64,000 nucleotides of DNA from Candidatus Sungiibacteriota bacterium (GTDB lineage Bacteria; Patescibacteriota; Minisyncoccia; Sungbacterales; JACQCQ01). Every line of letters begins with the position of its first letter. Position 1 is the first letter of the stretch. The translations under genes and the position numbers were made by a program. The stretch spans positions 5,285-69,284 of the forward strand of contig JACQCQ010000013.1 in assembly GCA_016201505.1 (NCBI GenBank). The letters run 5' to 3'. Below the pieces are notes generated by a model that had not been told where the DNA came from, ran no database searches, and saw only the letters and a list, made by a program, of their open reading frames with translations. This document shows positions 1 through 9,860 of this stretch, piece by piece.

Positions 1-552
1 ATCAAGATTGGTGCAGATCGCGGCATAAGGATGATAGTTAAGAAATGATCGGTGGTATTCATCGGCTTCTAACACCAGCCATTCAGATTTCCCGGCTCGA
101 AAATTGTTATTTTTTAATTCCGGCATGCGTGTGCCGATAATGATCGTGGGATCAAAACCGGCAGCCATTAAAATCCGAGAAACGACAGCCGTTGTTGTTG
201 ACTTGCCATGCGCGCCCGAAACAGCAATTGTTTTATACTGCTTGGTTAACTCACCTAAGGCCTCGGCGTAGGATTTTTGCGGAAGGCGGCGTCTGTCGGC
301 TTCGCGCCGCTCCGGATTATTTTTTTGAATTGCCGCACTATAAATAAGCAGATCCAGGTCTTTCGACAGGTTCGCAGCTTTCTGCGGTCCGATTGAAATT
401 TTTATGCCGCGCTTTTTAAGATCGCGGGTGATGAGAGATTGTTTGGCGTCCGACCCAAAAACCAGCCAACCCATCGAAAGATACCATTGAGCTAGCGCCG
501 ACAGGCCGATGCCGCCGATGCCGACAAAATGAACGGTCTGCATTTCTGGCAT
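1..552 (-). CDS. murC: UDP-N-acetylmuramate--L-alanine ligase, N-terminal part (runs off the window start)
   Basis: Manual translation from ATG at 552 gives MPEMQTVHFVGIGGIGLSALA...GAHGKSTTT, the MurC Rossmann and P-loop motifs; directly downstream of murA. Confidence 0.93.
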   Translation of the reverse strand, partial: MPEMQTVHFVGIGGIGLSALAQWYLSMGWLVFGSDAKQSLITRDLKKRGIKISIGPQKAANLSKDLDLLIYSAAIQKNNPERREADRRRLPQKSYAEALGELTKQYKTIAVSGAHGKSTTTAVVSRILMAAGFDPTIIIGTRMPELKNNNFRAGKSEWLVLEADEYHRSFLNYHPYAAICTNLD

Positions 553-554
553 AA

Positions 555-2078
555 TTAAAAGCTACGCAAAACTTTAATTTTAGCACCCAGTTTTTGCAGC
601 CGCTCGGTTAGATCTTCATATCCCCGATTAATCGAGTAAACATTTCTCAAGATAGAAGTGCCAGTAGCAGCCAGCATAGCAATTAAAATCAAGGCCGAAG
701 GACGCAAGGCCGGCGGGCAGATGACTTCGGCCGCAGTCAATTTCGTTGGCCCCTTAATAAATACACGGTGGGGATCGGCCATGGTAACCGAAGCCCCAAG
801 TTTCGTCAGTTCTAGATAATAAACGGCGCGATTTTCAAAGACCCAGTCGTGGATTAAGGTTTCGCCGCGGGCCTGCGTCGCAATCGGCACAAAAAACGGC
901 AGGTTGTCGATATTGATCCCGGGGAAGGGGCGGGCATAAATTTTTTCGGGGAGAGCGGTAAGCCTTGATAGAAATGTTTTAATATCAACCAATTTTGTGC
1001 GCCCATTCGATGATACATAGCGCTTTAAAATTTTATACCGAAATCCCATTTCTTTTAGCTTCAGTAGTTCAAGTTCTAAAAAGTCAATCGGGCAGCGCTC
1101 GATGGTAATTGGTGAATTCGTTGTCGCCGCGATCGAAAGAAACAGCATCGATTCAATCGGATCTTCGGCCAGATGATAGCTGACATCTTTTTGAATAGTT
1201 TCTATTCCCTCAACTGTCAGCGTTGAGGTACCGATGCCCTCAATTTTGACCCCAAGAAGCTCTAAGAAAAAACAAAGCTCCTGGCCCATATAATTGGCCG
1301 AAGCGAACTTAATCATTGTTTTGCCGGGAATCCCGGCTGCGGCCATAATCGCATTTTCGGTCACCGTATCACCTGATTCGTAGAGAACCACCTCGGCCGG
1401 ATGCAAGTTTTTGGCTACCACATCATATTGGTATTCATGAGAGGAAATATTGACTCCGAACTCGCGCAGGGCTAAAAAGTGCGGCCGCGCGGTCCGGAGA
1501 CCGAGCCGGCATCCCCCGGGCTCGGGAATAGAAAACTGCCGGGCCAAATGAATCAGCGGACCCAAAAATAACAGTATGCTGCGAGTTTTTTTCGCGGCCT
1601 CGATGTTTAAATTTTTTAAATTCAGCCTTTGGGGCGGGATAATCTCAAGATCCTTCTCGTTCTGCCAGCGAACATAAACACCGAGACTTTCCAAAATTTC
1701 AATTAACCTGCGCACCTCTTCAATTTTAGGCATGGACCGAAGAACCGTCCGGCCGCGATTTAAAAGTGATGCGGCCAGCAACACCACTGCGCTGTTTTTT
1801 GCCGAATTTGTTTTAATCTTTCCTGAAAGTCTATGTCCTCCCTCGATTTCAAAATTGAGCGATGCTCCAGAAACAGAAATGATACTTTTCGCCAAGACTT
1901 TGCTGATACGCAAGAGCATCACAGTCGAAAAATTCTGATCACCGCGCTCCATGCGGGCCACGGCGCTTTGGCTGGTTTTAAGTCGCCGCGCTAGGTCTTT
2001 TTGCGTCAGGCCCAGCGTCTCGCGCCGACTCGCAATCATCGATCCGATTTTAACTCGTTCATGAGATAACGGCCGCAT
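555..2078 (-). CDS. murA: UDP-N-acetylglucosamine 1-carboxyvinyltransferase with N-terminal XRE helix-turn-helix
   Basis: AKNS motif, PGGCRLGLR active-site Cys loop, C-terminal RGYE; first ~70 aa (TQKDLARRLKTSQSAVARMERG) form an XRE HTH. Confidence 0.92.
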   Translation of the reverse strand: MRPLSHERVKIGSMIASRRETLGLTQKDLARRLKTSQSAVARMERGDQNFSTVMLLRISKVLAKSIISVSGASLNFEIEGGHRLSGKIKTNSAKNSAVVLLAASLLNRGRTVLRSMPKIEEVRRLIEILESLGVYVRWQNEKDLEIIPPQRLNLKNLNIEAAKKTRSILLFLGPLIHLARQFSIPEPGGCRLGLRTARPHFLALREFGVNISSHEYQYDVVAKNLHPAEVVLYESGDTVTENAIMAAAGIPGKTMIKFASANYMGQELCFFLELLGVKIEGIGTSTLTVEGIETIQKDVSYHLAEDPIESMLFLSIAATTNSPITIERCPIDFLELELLKLKEMGFRYKILKRYVSSNGRTKLVDIKTFLSRLTALPEKIYARPFPGINIDNLPFFVPIATQARGETLIHDWVFENRAVYYLELTKLGASVTMADPHRVFIKGPTKLTAAEVICPPALRPSALILIAMLAATGTSILRNVYSINRGYEDLTERLQKLGAKIKVLRSF

Positions 2079-2085
2079 GAAAAAA

Positions 2086-2105
2086 ATATATCACATGTGA
2101 TATAT
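2086..2105. promoter_or_regulatory. Perfect 20-bp palindrome, candidate operator in the murA/priA divergent region
   Basis: ATATATCACATGTGATATAT lies 8 bp upstream of the HTH-MurA start codon. Confidence 0.6.
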
Positions 2106-2184
2106 AATTCAATAATAGATGCGCTGGCTAGATCCGCGACCTCAACGGCGAGGCCCTATTCCGTGGTATTATACTGGCGTTATT

Positions 2185-4110
2185 ATGTATTTAATTGAAG
2201 TTGTGGCCTTAGCGCGCCTGCCCCGGACTCTCCCTCAATCATTTTCTTATTTCTCTTTGGAGTCACTCGAAGAAGGGGCGGTGGTTGAAATTGAATTAAA
2301 TCACCGCCGCCTTTTCGCCATGGTTACGCGCTCGATTGGCGTCAAACAGGCAAAACAGGATCTACGCTCTCGCGCGTTTCAACTAAAAAAAATCCAAAAC
2401 ATCATATCGCGCGCCTCTATCATCAATGCGCGTGATCGAGCTCTGCTCCAGTGGATTTCTGAATATTATCTGGCTCAGCCCTCAACCGTTTTAAAATTGA
2501 TTTTGCCTTCATTCATTACTGATACATTTGAGGTTAGCTCCTGGCCGGCTCGTCATGAAATTGAGCCGTACCCGCGAATGATTGAAGTCGTTCCCGAAGA
2601 ATATCCGATAGAACGCTACCAGAAAGCTGTCGAACATGCTTTACAAAATGGACGCCAAGCCTTAATCCTCGTCCCTGAAATCGAGCGGGCTGAGACTCTG
2701 GCTGATGTGATCAGCGAAATTGTGCCCAAAGAGCGCCTGCTTGTTGTGACAAGTTCCAAAACACCACGTGAACTCCGCACCTCCTGGCATCGAGTGAGGA
2801 ACGGCGAGCCGTTGATTATTGTAGGTACTCGGACGAGTCTCTTCTTCCCGTTTACCAATTTGGGGCTCATCATCATCGATCGGGAATCTTCACCCGCGCA
2901 TAAATCCTGGGACCAGGAGCCGCGATACGACGGCCGCGAAGTTGCGGCGAAATTGCATAGCCTCCACGGCGGCCAGATGATACTTGCCGGCTATCCTCCC
3001 TCACTTAACAGCTACCACCTCGCCAAAGACGAACAAGTAGCACGGCTTATTCCCTCCCGCGAACTCGTAACCTCTCCGCTTTCGCTGTTTGTTGACATGG
3101 CGCGCGAAATCAAAGAGCAAAACGAGTTTGTGGTTTTTTCTCAAGTCTTAAAAGATAAATTGCGAAACGTTATTCAAGATGGCGGCCGAGCTTTTTTATT
3201 CGTAAATCGAAAAGGTTTTGCGCCGTTTATTTTATGCCAGCAATGCGGCTTTATATTCCGCTGTAGCGAGTGTTCCGTACCGCTCGTCTATCACGTTCAA
3301 GAAAGCTTAGCTTCAGCCACCCTCCTCTGCCACCATTGCGGATCGAAAAATAAGCCGCCGGATGTCTGCTTAGAATGCGGCTCGCATAAATTAAAAGCCT
3401 ACGGCATCGGCATCGAACGCGTGGCCAAAGACTTAAAAAAAATGTTCCCCAATGTTCCGGTTTTATCGCTCTTACATGGCGAGCCAAAGGAAACCAAAAA
3501 CGCAAAAACTGCGCTCGAGAAGCTGAAAAAAATGTCTTGCTACATCGCCATCGGAACCGAATTTGCCATTCCACTGCGCTTGCCCCGTATGGAGCTCGCG
3601 GCTATTATAAGCATTGACAGCGCCCTGTCGCTGCCCGATTTTATGCAGACCGAGCGCCTATTTCGCTCCCTGTCGCTCATTCGGAGACTGTCGAGCAAGA
3701 TCTTTATTTTGCAAAGCTATGCCAAAGAACCTGAGATGCTGATTGATCTCTTCCACGGAAGTTTTGAACATTTTGCCGAAAAGGAATTAAAAGAAAGGAG
3801 ACGTTTTCACTATCCCCCCTTTGGCGAGCTGATTAAGCTGACCGTGCAAGATTCATCACGCGAAGAAGCCTTAACACAAGTGAAGCGCCTCTACGCGGGA
3901 CTTCGAATCGTGCCGCATTATTTCGGACCCGAAGCCGTTGAGGTCACGAATCCTTATCCCGCCTATATCGAAAAGAAAAAAGGGAATTTTATTTTCCACA
4001 TCTTGATCAAAATTATGGATGCGTCGAAATCTCGCGACATGAAATTGTTGATTGCGGAGCACACCCCCGACACGGTTCAAGTTGACGTCGGCCCGCAAAG
4101 TCTTTTATGA
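2185..4110 (+). CDS. priA: Primosomal protein N' (PriA) with degenerate ATPase motifs
   Basis: N-terminal DNA-binding domain, ALILVPEI, IIVGTRTSLF, NRKGF, four CxxC pairs, YPPF; ATG 2185 preferred over 2119. Confidence 0.88.
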   Translation: MYLIEVVALARLPRTLPQSFSYFSLESLEEGAVVEIELNHRRLFAMVTRSIGVKQAKQDLRSRAFQLKKIQNIISRASIINARDRALLQWISEYYLAQPSTVLKLILPSFITDTFEVSSWPARHEIEPYPRMIEVVPEEYPIERYQKAVEHALQNGRQALILVPEIERAETLADVISEIVPKERLLVVTSSKTPRELRTSWHRVRNGEPLIIVGTRTSLFFPFTNLGLIIIDRESSPAHKSWDQEPRYDGREVAAKLHSLHGGQMILAGYPPSLNSYHLAKDEQVARLIPSRELVTSPLSLFVDMAREIKEQNEFVVFSQVLKDKLRNVIQDGGRAFLFVNRKGFAPFILCQQCGFIFRCSECSVPLVYHVQESLASATLLCHHCGSKNKPPDVCLECGSHKLKAYGIGIERVAKDLKKMFPNVPVLSLLHGEPKETKNAKTALEKLKKMSCYIAIGTEFAIPLRLPRMELAAIISIDSALSLPDFMQTERLFRSLSLIRRLSSKIFILQSYAKEPEMLIDLFHGSFEHFAEKELKERRRFHYPPFGELIKLTVQDSSREEALTQVKRLYAGLRIVPHYFGPEAVEVTNPYPAYIEKKKGNFIFHILIKIMDASKSRDMKLLIAEHTPDTVQVDVGPQSLL

Positions 4111-4646
4111 CTATGAGCCGCAGCCGCACGATTTTAACGAACCCTAATCCCCTATTGCGAAAGCGAGCTAAGGAAGTTTCGGCGGCTGCTTTTAAGACCG
4201 CGGCATTGAAACACGCGATCCGCGATTTAATTGCGACACTCAAGGTTTCGGAAGACGGTATCGGCATCGCCGCGCCTCAAATCGGCATTGCTTGGCGGAT
4301 TTTTATTGTGTCAGAAGAAGCCAAACATTTGAGCCAGAGCCGGGCCAAAGAGAACCGCGAATGGAAACAGCTGGTGTATATTAATCCTGTCATCACCAAA
4401 TTTTCGACCAAAAAGGCGGAAGGCGTCGAAGGCTGCCTCTCTGTTCCCGGCAAATACGGCTTTGTGACAAGACCTGAAAAAGTCCAGGTCGAGGCATTCG
4501 ATGAAAAAGGAAAGAAATTCTCGCACGGCGCCTCGAAATTTTTTGCCCGCGTGATCCAACATGAAACAGACCACTTGGACGGAATTTTATTCATTGATAA
4601 AGTAACGCGCTACATTGAGCCGAAAAAAAGCGATTCGAAACTTTAG
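4107..4646 (+). CDS. def: Peptide deformylase
   Basis: GIGIAAPQIG, EGCLS and QHETDHLDG motifs. Confidence 0.97.
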   Translation: MTMSRSRTILTNPNPLLRKRAKEVSAAAFKTAALKHAIRDLIATLKVSEDGIGIAAPQIGIAWRIFIVSEEAKHLSQSRAKENREWKQLVYINPVITKFSTKKAEGVEGCLSVPGKYGFVTRPEKVQVEAFDEKGKKFSHGASKFFARVIQHETDHLDGILFIDKVTRYIEPKKSDSKL

Positions 4647-4648
4647 CT

Positions 4649-4978
4649 ATGCGCCTTCTTTATTTAAATCTTCTCCTGATTTCTGCGGCTGCGGTTTCAA
4701 TCACTGGCGATATATTTTCCAAAACATGGACGCTGCATAAGAGTTTTTGGTTTTTTATTGGGGCCCTTATTGCATATAACATCTCATCGATCATTTGGCT
4801 ATTTTTTCTAAAAGACTTGAGGCTTTCCATTGCCATACCCTGGTGGCAGGCTATGGTTGCCGTACCAGCAATTCTTGCAGGAATAATTTATTTTCGCGAG
4901 CGACTTTCAATTTGGGACATTTTAGCGATAGTTTTTATTGTTATCGGAGTTTTAATTCTCAATTTCAGACATGCCTAA
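4649..4978 (+). CDS. Small 4-TM SMR/EamA-like membrane transporter
   Basis: 109 aa, four hydrophobic helices, LSIAIP.W and YFRERLS patterns. Confidence 0.65.
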   Translation: MRLLYLNLLLISAAAVSITGDIFSKTWTLHKSFWFFIGALIAYNISSIIWLFFLKDLRLSIAIPWWQAMVAVPAILAGIIYFRERLSIWDILAIVFIVIGVLILNFRHA

Positions 4979-5936
4979 TTTCTCTATCGTGCCGCGAATT
5001 CTTTTTTGGGGGACGCCGGAGTTTGCGGTGCCGGTGTTAAAACGACTGCTGGATGAAAAATATAATGTCATCGGTGTAGTGACGAATCCTGATCGAGCGT
5101 GGGGCCGATCAAAGACGCCGGGACCATCACCGGTTAAAATATGCGCCCTGCGTCATAACATCCCCGTCCTGCAACCCGAGACCTTGAAAGACCCTGGGTT
5201 TGTAAAGGCTCTGCGAGAACATGATCCCGATTGCTTTATCGTTGTCGCCTACGGGAAAATAATTCCTGATGAAATTTTACGGATTGCCAAACGCGGCGCA
5301 CTGAATGTTCACCCTGCGCTGCTCCCCAGATGGCGCGGCCCTTCGCCTATCGAAACTGCCATTTTGCAGGGTGAGAACATGACGGGTGTCTCCCTCATGG
5401 AGCTAGACCAGCAAATGGATCACGGACCGATTATTGCGCGCGAAGAAGTCTCCATCCAAAAAGACGAAACTGCACTCGCGCTTTCGGCAAAACTGAGTCT
5501 CGTGGGAGCTCGAATGCTTGTCCGCTTTTTGCCGGATTATCTATCGGGCAAGGCGAAGCCTCATCCGCAAAATGACGCGGAGGCCACGTTTTCCAAAATA
5601 TTAACCAAAGAAGACGGGCATCTCTTGTGGGATCGGCCGGCTACTATGCTTGAGCGCCAAATCCGCGCCTTCATCCGCTGGCCGGAGTCATACTGCTTTT
5701 GGCAACGGGGCGAAAATTCAATACGATTAAAGATAGAAAAAGCCGAGGTGTTGCCAAAAACGCAGGAGACCAAGCCCCTCGGGACCGTATATGAGACAAA
5801 GTTAAGTCCCCTGACCGTCGAGACCATAGATGGAGCGCTCGGGGTTTTGGCGCTGACCCCCGAAGCCAAGTCCTCAATGTCTGCGGCTGAATTTATCCGC
5901 GGGCATCCGGAGATTATTGGAGCAGAGCTCGTCTAG
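4971..5936 (+). CDS. fmt: Methionyl-tRNA formyltransferase
   Basis: FWGTPEFA, VVAYGKII, NVHPALLPRWRGPSPI, MDHGPI motifs. Confidence 0.97.
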   Translation: MPNFSIVPRILFWGTPEFAVPVLKRLLDEKYNVIGVVTNPDRAWGRSKTPGPSPVKICALRHNIPVLQPETLKDPGFVKALREHDPDCFIVVAYGKIIPDEILRIAKRGALNVHPALLPRWRGPSPIETAILQGENMTGVSLMELDQQMDHGPIIAREEVSIQKDETALALSAKLSLVGARMLVRFLPDYLSGKAKPHPQNDAEATFSKILTKEDGHLLWDRPATMLERQIRAFIRWPESYCFWQRGENSIRLKIEKAEVLPKTQETKPLGTVYETKLSPLTVETIDGALGVLALTPEAKSSMSAAEFIRGHPEIIGAELV

Positions 5937-5943
5937 CTCCGCG

Positions 5944-6073
5944 AAAATCCGAAGCACGAAATCCGAAATCCTAAACAAATCCCAATGACTAAAATTCAAA
6001 ATACAAAACGTTTAGAATGTAACTATTCGAATTTTGAATTTGTTTAGGGTTTAGTATTTTGAATTTAGAGTTT
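5944..6073. repeat. Imperfect fold-back of ~7-bp AT-rich units (AAATCCG/AAATCCT... versus ...GAATTT)
   Basis: A/C-rich left arm (aaatccgaagcacgaaatccgaaatcctaaacaaatcc) mirrors a G/T-rich right arm (gaatttgtttagggtttagtattttgaatttag). Confidence 0.65.
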
Positions 6074-6080
6074 AATTAAC

Positions 6081-6974
6081 GTGAACGTCATTCTGTTTAT
6101 CATCGGTATCATTGTCGTCATCGCCATTGTGGCCACCGGCGGCTTTGGCATACTGCAAAATAATTCTTTTGGCCTTCACCTTTTCTCATCCGGACCCCTT
6201 TCTTCCGGACCGGGTAGCGGCGGATGGTTCGGCGGATTCGGTTCATATTCGGGTGGAAACATTCCTGCGACGAATGAAATAAAGTCCGGCAGTTATAATA
6301 ATTCTGCATCATCGAAAAATCTCCCGGCCGATAAAACCCGCATCAGCATCAGTTCCATCACCCATGGCGCCCAGAAGCCCAATGACGAATACGTAACGCT
6401 TTACTACAGTGCCGAATCAAACCGCGCGCCGGTTGATATCACCGGCTGGACGATTGGGAATACCCAGGGACATCGCTATGCCATTGGCGTAGGATATAAA
6501 CTCGCACTCGACTCGGCGGAAAGTTCGGTGTGGCTTTTGCCGGGAGCGACGGCTTACGTCCATTCAGGCAAAAGCCCGATCAATGAGAATTTTTTAGAGA
6601 CGGCCTGCACTGCGTATCTAAATGAAGGCCGCAGTTTCAATCCATCAATCGGCGGATCCTGTCCCAGAATTGACACCCAAAGTCTGGTCTACATGAATGA
6701 CGCCTGTCTTACATTCCTCAACGGCCTTTCGTCCTGCTATCAGGCCAGCATTTCCGGTAATAATGCCGTCGGCATTGGCGATGAGTGCTCCAACTTTGCC
6801 ACCAAGCACTATAGCTATCGCGGCTGCATCGATGATTTTCGCTTTGCCTCTGATTTTTATAAAACGACCTGGCAAGTTTATTTAGGCCGGCCCGAGACAC
6901 TTTGGCGCGCGGGACATGATTTGATTACGCTCTACGATGCCGACGGGCATATTGTCAGCACTTATCAGTATTGA
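6081..6974 (+). CDS. Membrane-anchored Cys-containing extracellular protein, lamin-tail-domain-like
   Basis: N-terminal TM helix; EYVTL...PVDITGWTI and DLITLYDADG resemble the lamin tail domain. Confidence 0.6.
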   Translation: MNVILFIIGIIVVIAIVATGGFGILQNNSFGLHLFSSGPLSSGPGSGGWFGGFGSYSGGNIPATNEIKSGSYNNSASSKNLPADKTRISISSITHGAQKPNDEYVTLYYSAESNRAPVDITGWTIGNTQGHRYAIGVGYKLALDSAESSVWLLPGATAYVHSGKSPINENFLETACTAYLNEGRSFNPSIGGSCPRIDTQSLVYMNDACLTFLNGLSSCYQASISGNNAVGIGDECSNFATKHYSYRGCIDDFRFASDFYKTTWQVYLGRPETLWRAGHDLITLYDADGHIVSTYQY

Positions 6975-6995
6975 GATTGATTCATCAAAAAATAA

Positions 6996-7045
6996 AAACA
7001 GAGTTGTGCCATCTTCAAATCTCAAAAATAGCGCAACTCTGTTTT
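6996..7045. terminator. Bidirectional intrinsic terminator-like hairpin
   Basis: aaaacagagttg...caactctgtttt between convergent ORFs. Confidence 0.55.
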
Positions 7046-7061
7046 CTTTTAAATGAAATGA

Positions 7062-7559
7062 TTAGGCCAGAAGCGGCGGCAAGCCGCCGCTTCTGGCCAC
7101 GGGTAGTCCACGCGGATCTTTGAAAAGACCGGCGGGACATGTTCCCTCGCCTAACTGCCGACAAAGTCGGCGCAGGCCGGGCTCGGCTTTCCTCGCGATG
7201 ACCCTTGCCTTTGCCAGGTACTCGAATGGGTCGTAGTCCTTCTGATGACTCTCGACCCAAAGAGCTCCCGCATCCCGAATCTCCTCATCGAAGACTCGGA
7301 CGGCTTCCTCGACGGCGACAGGGTCCCTGCCGTAGCGCAGCGCCATCTGCCGAATGAAAACGTCCTCCTGACCGGCGATGGCCGAGAGACTGATGAAAAC
7401 CAGCTTCTCGGTTTCCGAGAGGACGGCGGAGGCGACTTTGGACCTCTTCGGCACTTGGGGTGCTGTATAGAGCACCCAGGAGACGAAGATCATGAGACCA
7501 GCAAACCCTACAAGGACGGCCAGCATGGCTCCTCGCACTTCCTGATCTTGCTTCTTCAA
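7062..7559 (-). CDS. Hypothetical membrane-anchored protein (GC-rich orphan)
   Basis: AGGAGG SD, one TM helix, TTGACG-17-TATAGA promoter at ~7647-7675. Confidence 0.55.
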   Translation of the reverse strand: MKKQDQEVRGAMLAVLVGFAGLMIFVSWVLYTAPQVPKRSKVASAVLSETEKLVFISLSAIAGQEDVFIRQMALRYGRDPVAVEEAVRVFDEEIRDAGALWVESHQKDYDPFEYLAKARVIARKAEPGLRRLCRQLGEGTCPAGLFKDPRGLPVARSGGLPPLLA

Positions 7560-7678
7560 TGGCTCCTCCTACGCGCCCCTCGCTTGGGGCGCGTCCTGGG
7601 TTTTGACATCCAAGTCCAAGGGAAAAACGATAAAAGACCTTCATCTTCTATACTATATTATTACTAGTCCGTCAAATG

Positions 7679-8221
7679 CTACTGGCAACTTTTATCAAAT
7701 GTAACCAGAAAGTGAAGTACGGGATTTGATTGGTCGTAATAGGTCAGCTGGCTGATCCCGGTAAACCGTGGATCGAACAATTCATTCTTGCCCGGGTCGA
7801 GGCTGATATATAACGGGCTGGGGTCGGTTTTTTTGTGGTTCGGCGAAATCGCAATGGCCAGTGGCTTATCGCTTTTATTTACAATATTGACAATACAGCC
7901 TAGCCCTTTGGTAATTGAAAGGTTGAGCAAGTTAGGTATAAAGGCGTTTCTAGTATATTCAATACGATTTTCCCTGGCATTATCTTGGGCGCTGGATGGC
8001 GCCGCCGAATTATTTGCCGCGCGGCGCGAATACCACTGGAGTCCGGCATAGGTGAGTCCGGCAAGCAGAAAAATGAATACCGCAACTCCGATAAAAAGTT
8101 TTTTAGTAAACCCCGAGACCACGGGTGTAGACCCGCAGTTTTCGCCCTTCGGCTTGGCATTTTTTGACTCTTCATCCCCGTCTTTAGAAACGGGGCTTTC
8201 TGGTGTTTCGGTAAATGTCAT
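7679..8221 (-). CDS. Hypothetical single-pass membrane protein, possibly cupredoxin-like C-terminus
   Basis: TM helix at aa ~42-62, beta-rich C-terminal domain; abuts the upstream gene. Confidence 0.55.
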   Translation of the reverse strand: MTFTETPESPVSKDGDEESKNAKPKGENCGSTPVVSGFTKKLFIGVAVFIFLLAGLTYAGLQWYSRRAANNSAAPSSAQDNARENRIEYTRNAFIPNLLNLSITKGLGCIVNIVNKSDKPLAIAISPNHKKTDPSPLYISLDPGKNELFDPRFTGISQLTYYDQSNPVLHFLVTFDKSCQ

Positions 8222-8223
8222 GC

Positions 8224-8562
8224 CTATTGGATGAGTGAACCTGATTCAATTTCTTGATCTGGAGTAAGGAGCGAAATAACCCCACTCGATGAAGCCGCCA
8301 AAACCATGCCCTGGCTTTCGAGCCCCATCAATATCCGCGGCTCCAAATTGGCGACGACCACGATCTCTTTTCCTATAAGATGTTCGGGATCATACGCTTT
8401 CCCGATCCCGGCGATAATTTGGCGTTTCTCGCTCCCGAGGTCAACTTCCAGCCGAATCAATTTATCCGACGCTTCCAGCCGCTCGGCAAAAATGATTTTC
8501 GCAATCTTTAGCTCAACATTCCTAAATTCGGCTATCGAAATCACATCGAATAGTATGGACAA
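8224..8562 (-). CDS. tRNA-binding OB-fold protein (MetRS C-terminal/Trbp111/CsaA family)
   Basis: SDKL..LEVDLG.EKRQIIAGI, VVVANLEPR..MGLESQGMVLAA. Confidence 0.93.
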   Translation of the reverse strand: MSILFDVISIAEFRNVELKIAKIIFAERLEASDKLIRLEVDLGSEKRQIIAGIGKAYDPEHLIGKEIVVVANLEPRILMGLESQGMVLAASSSGVISLLTPDQEIESGSLIQ

Positions 8563-8655
8563 ATCCTAAAATTTTGCAATTCCTATCAATAATACGCGAA
8601 CACGTATCTATGATTGTAATATCGCAAATTAAAATCTATGATACGATAATACATA

Positions 8656-9102
8656 ATGAAAACTCTCGTGGTTCTTGCCTTCATTGTATTGGCCTTTTAC
8701 GGCTATCGCTATTTGCCTGCAAGCATCAAATCAAAAACTGATGCCTTTCTCGCCGCGTCTCATCTTGAGGCCTTCGGACCGAGCCGCTGGCTGCCCGCAC
8801 TTGGGGAAGCATCGGACCCTTACGCCGAAAAATTGCACGAAGGCAGTCCAGTGGTAAAACGCGAAAAGTTAATTCAGGATTTAAAAGGCCAGATTCAAAT
8901 TATGGCCTCAACGCATGATGCCAAAACGAACGCCGAACGCGCTCAATTTACTAAAGCCGGGACTGAAGCCAAGTCACTGCTGGATCAATTGGAGACAGAA
9001 AATCCGAACAGCGGCTTTCTGCGCGACATCGCGTTTAAAATACTAGAAGCCATTTTACCGTCAGCCTCATCAACGGCGATCTGCAACTCGCTAAAATTAT
9101 AG
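8656..9102 (+). CDS. Hypothetical protein with N-terminal signal/TM segment
   Basis: 148-aa ORF with a hydrophobic N-terminus. Confidence 0.55.
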   Translation: MKTLVVLAFIVLAFYGYRYLPASIKSKTDAFLAASHLEAFGPSRWLPALGEASDPYAEKLHEGSPVVKREKLIQDLKGQIQIMASTHDAKTNAERAQFTKAGTEAKSLLDQLETENPNSGFLRDIAFKILEAILPSASSTAICNSLKL

Positions 9103-9180
9103 TCGATTTTCCTCCCAAAGATGATCCACTCCAATACTTTAAAGTATTGGAGTGGCCTGGTTTTCAAGCATTCGTTAAAT

Positions 9181-9843
9181 CTAGCCGTCACTGTAGCGGT
9201 CTTCTTTCCAGGGACGGGCAGAGTTAGAGTAGCCTCTTTCTTCCCAAAAACCAGGCTGGTCGTGAGTTAAAAACTGAATCTCGGTCAAAAACTTGCATGA
9301 TTTCCAGCCGTATAAATGCGGAATAATCATACGAATCGGCCCGCCGTGCTCCGGCGGAATCTCTTCGCCCTCGAGCAGAGTCGCCACCATTACCTTCTCT
9401 TTTAAAAGTTCAGCATAGGGAACGTTGGTCGTGTATTTATCGAAGGCGTGGAAAACAACGAACTTGGTATCAGACTTGGGGTTTGCGATTTGAATGATTT
9501 TAGAAAACGGTATCCCCTGCCAATGGAGATCAAATCGCGACCAGCGCGTCACACAATGAAAATCAGCGGTGATATTTTGATTCGCCAGTTGTTTCAATTC
9601 ATCCAGCGAGAGAGTTTTAGGGTTTTCGATATTGCCCTTCAGTTCAAGAGACCAGCGCGGGTAAAGCTCCTTTGACGGCCGGATGCCCAAATCTAAAATG
9701 GGGAATGCTTTGGTCAGCATTTGGCCCGGTGGCAAGCGGCTTTCTCCGCCCGCTGGCGGATCGTGCGAAACTGCGGCGTGCTTTTGGGCCTGCGCCTCTT
9801 TAGCTTTGATTAAGGCTTCATTATATTGCGGTTCGTCTGCCAT
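9181..9843 (-). CDS. Sulfite-oxidase-like molybdopterin-dependent oxidoreductase (YuiH/MsrP-like)
   Basis: RLPPGQ, DFHCVTRWS, EHGGPIR, YGWKSCK, GFWEERGY. Confidence 0.9.
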   Translation of the reverse strand: MADEPQYNEALIKAKEAQAQKHAAVSHDPPAGGESRLPPGQMLTKAFPILDLGIRPSKELYPRWSLELKGNIENPKTLSLDELKQLANQNITADFHCVTRWSRFDLHWQGIPFSKIIQIANPKSDTKFVVFHAFDKYTTNVPYAELLKEKVMVATLLEGEEIPPEHGGPIRMIIPHLYGWKSCKFLTEIQFLTHDQPGFWEERGYSNSARPWKEDRYSDG

Positions 9844-9860
9844 TTTTTGAGAGTAACACC

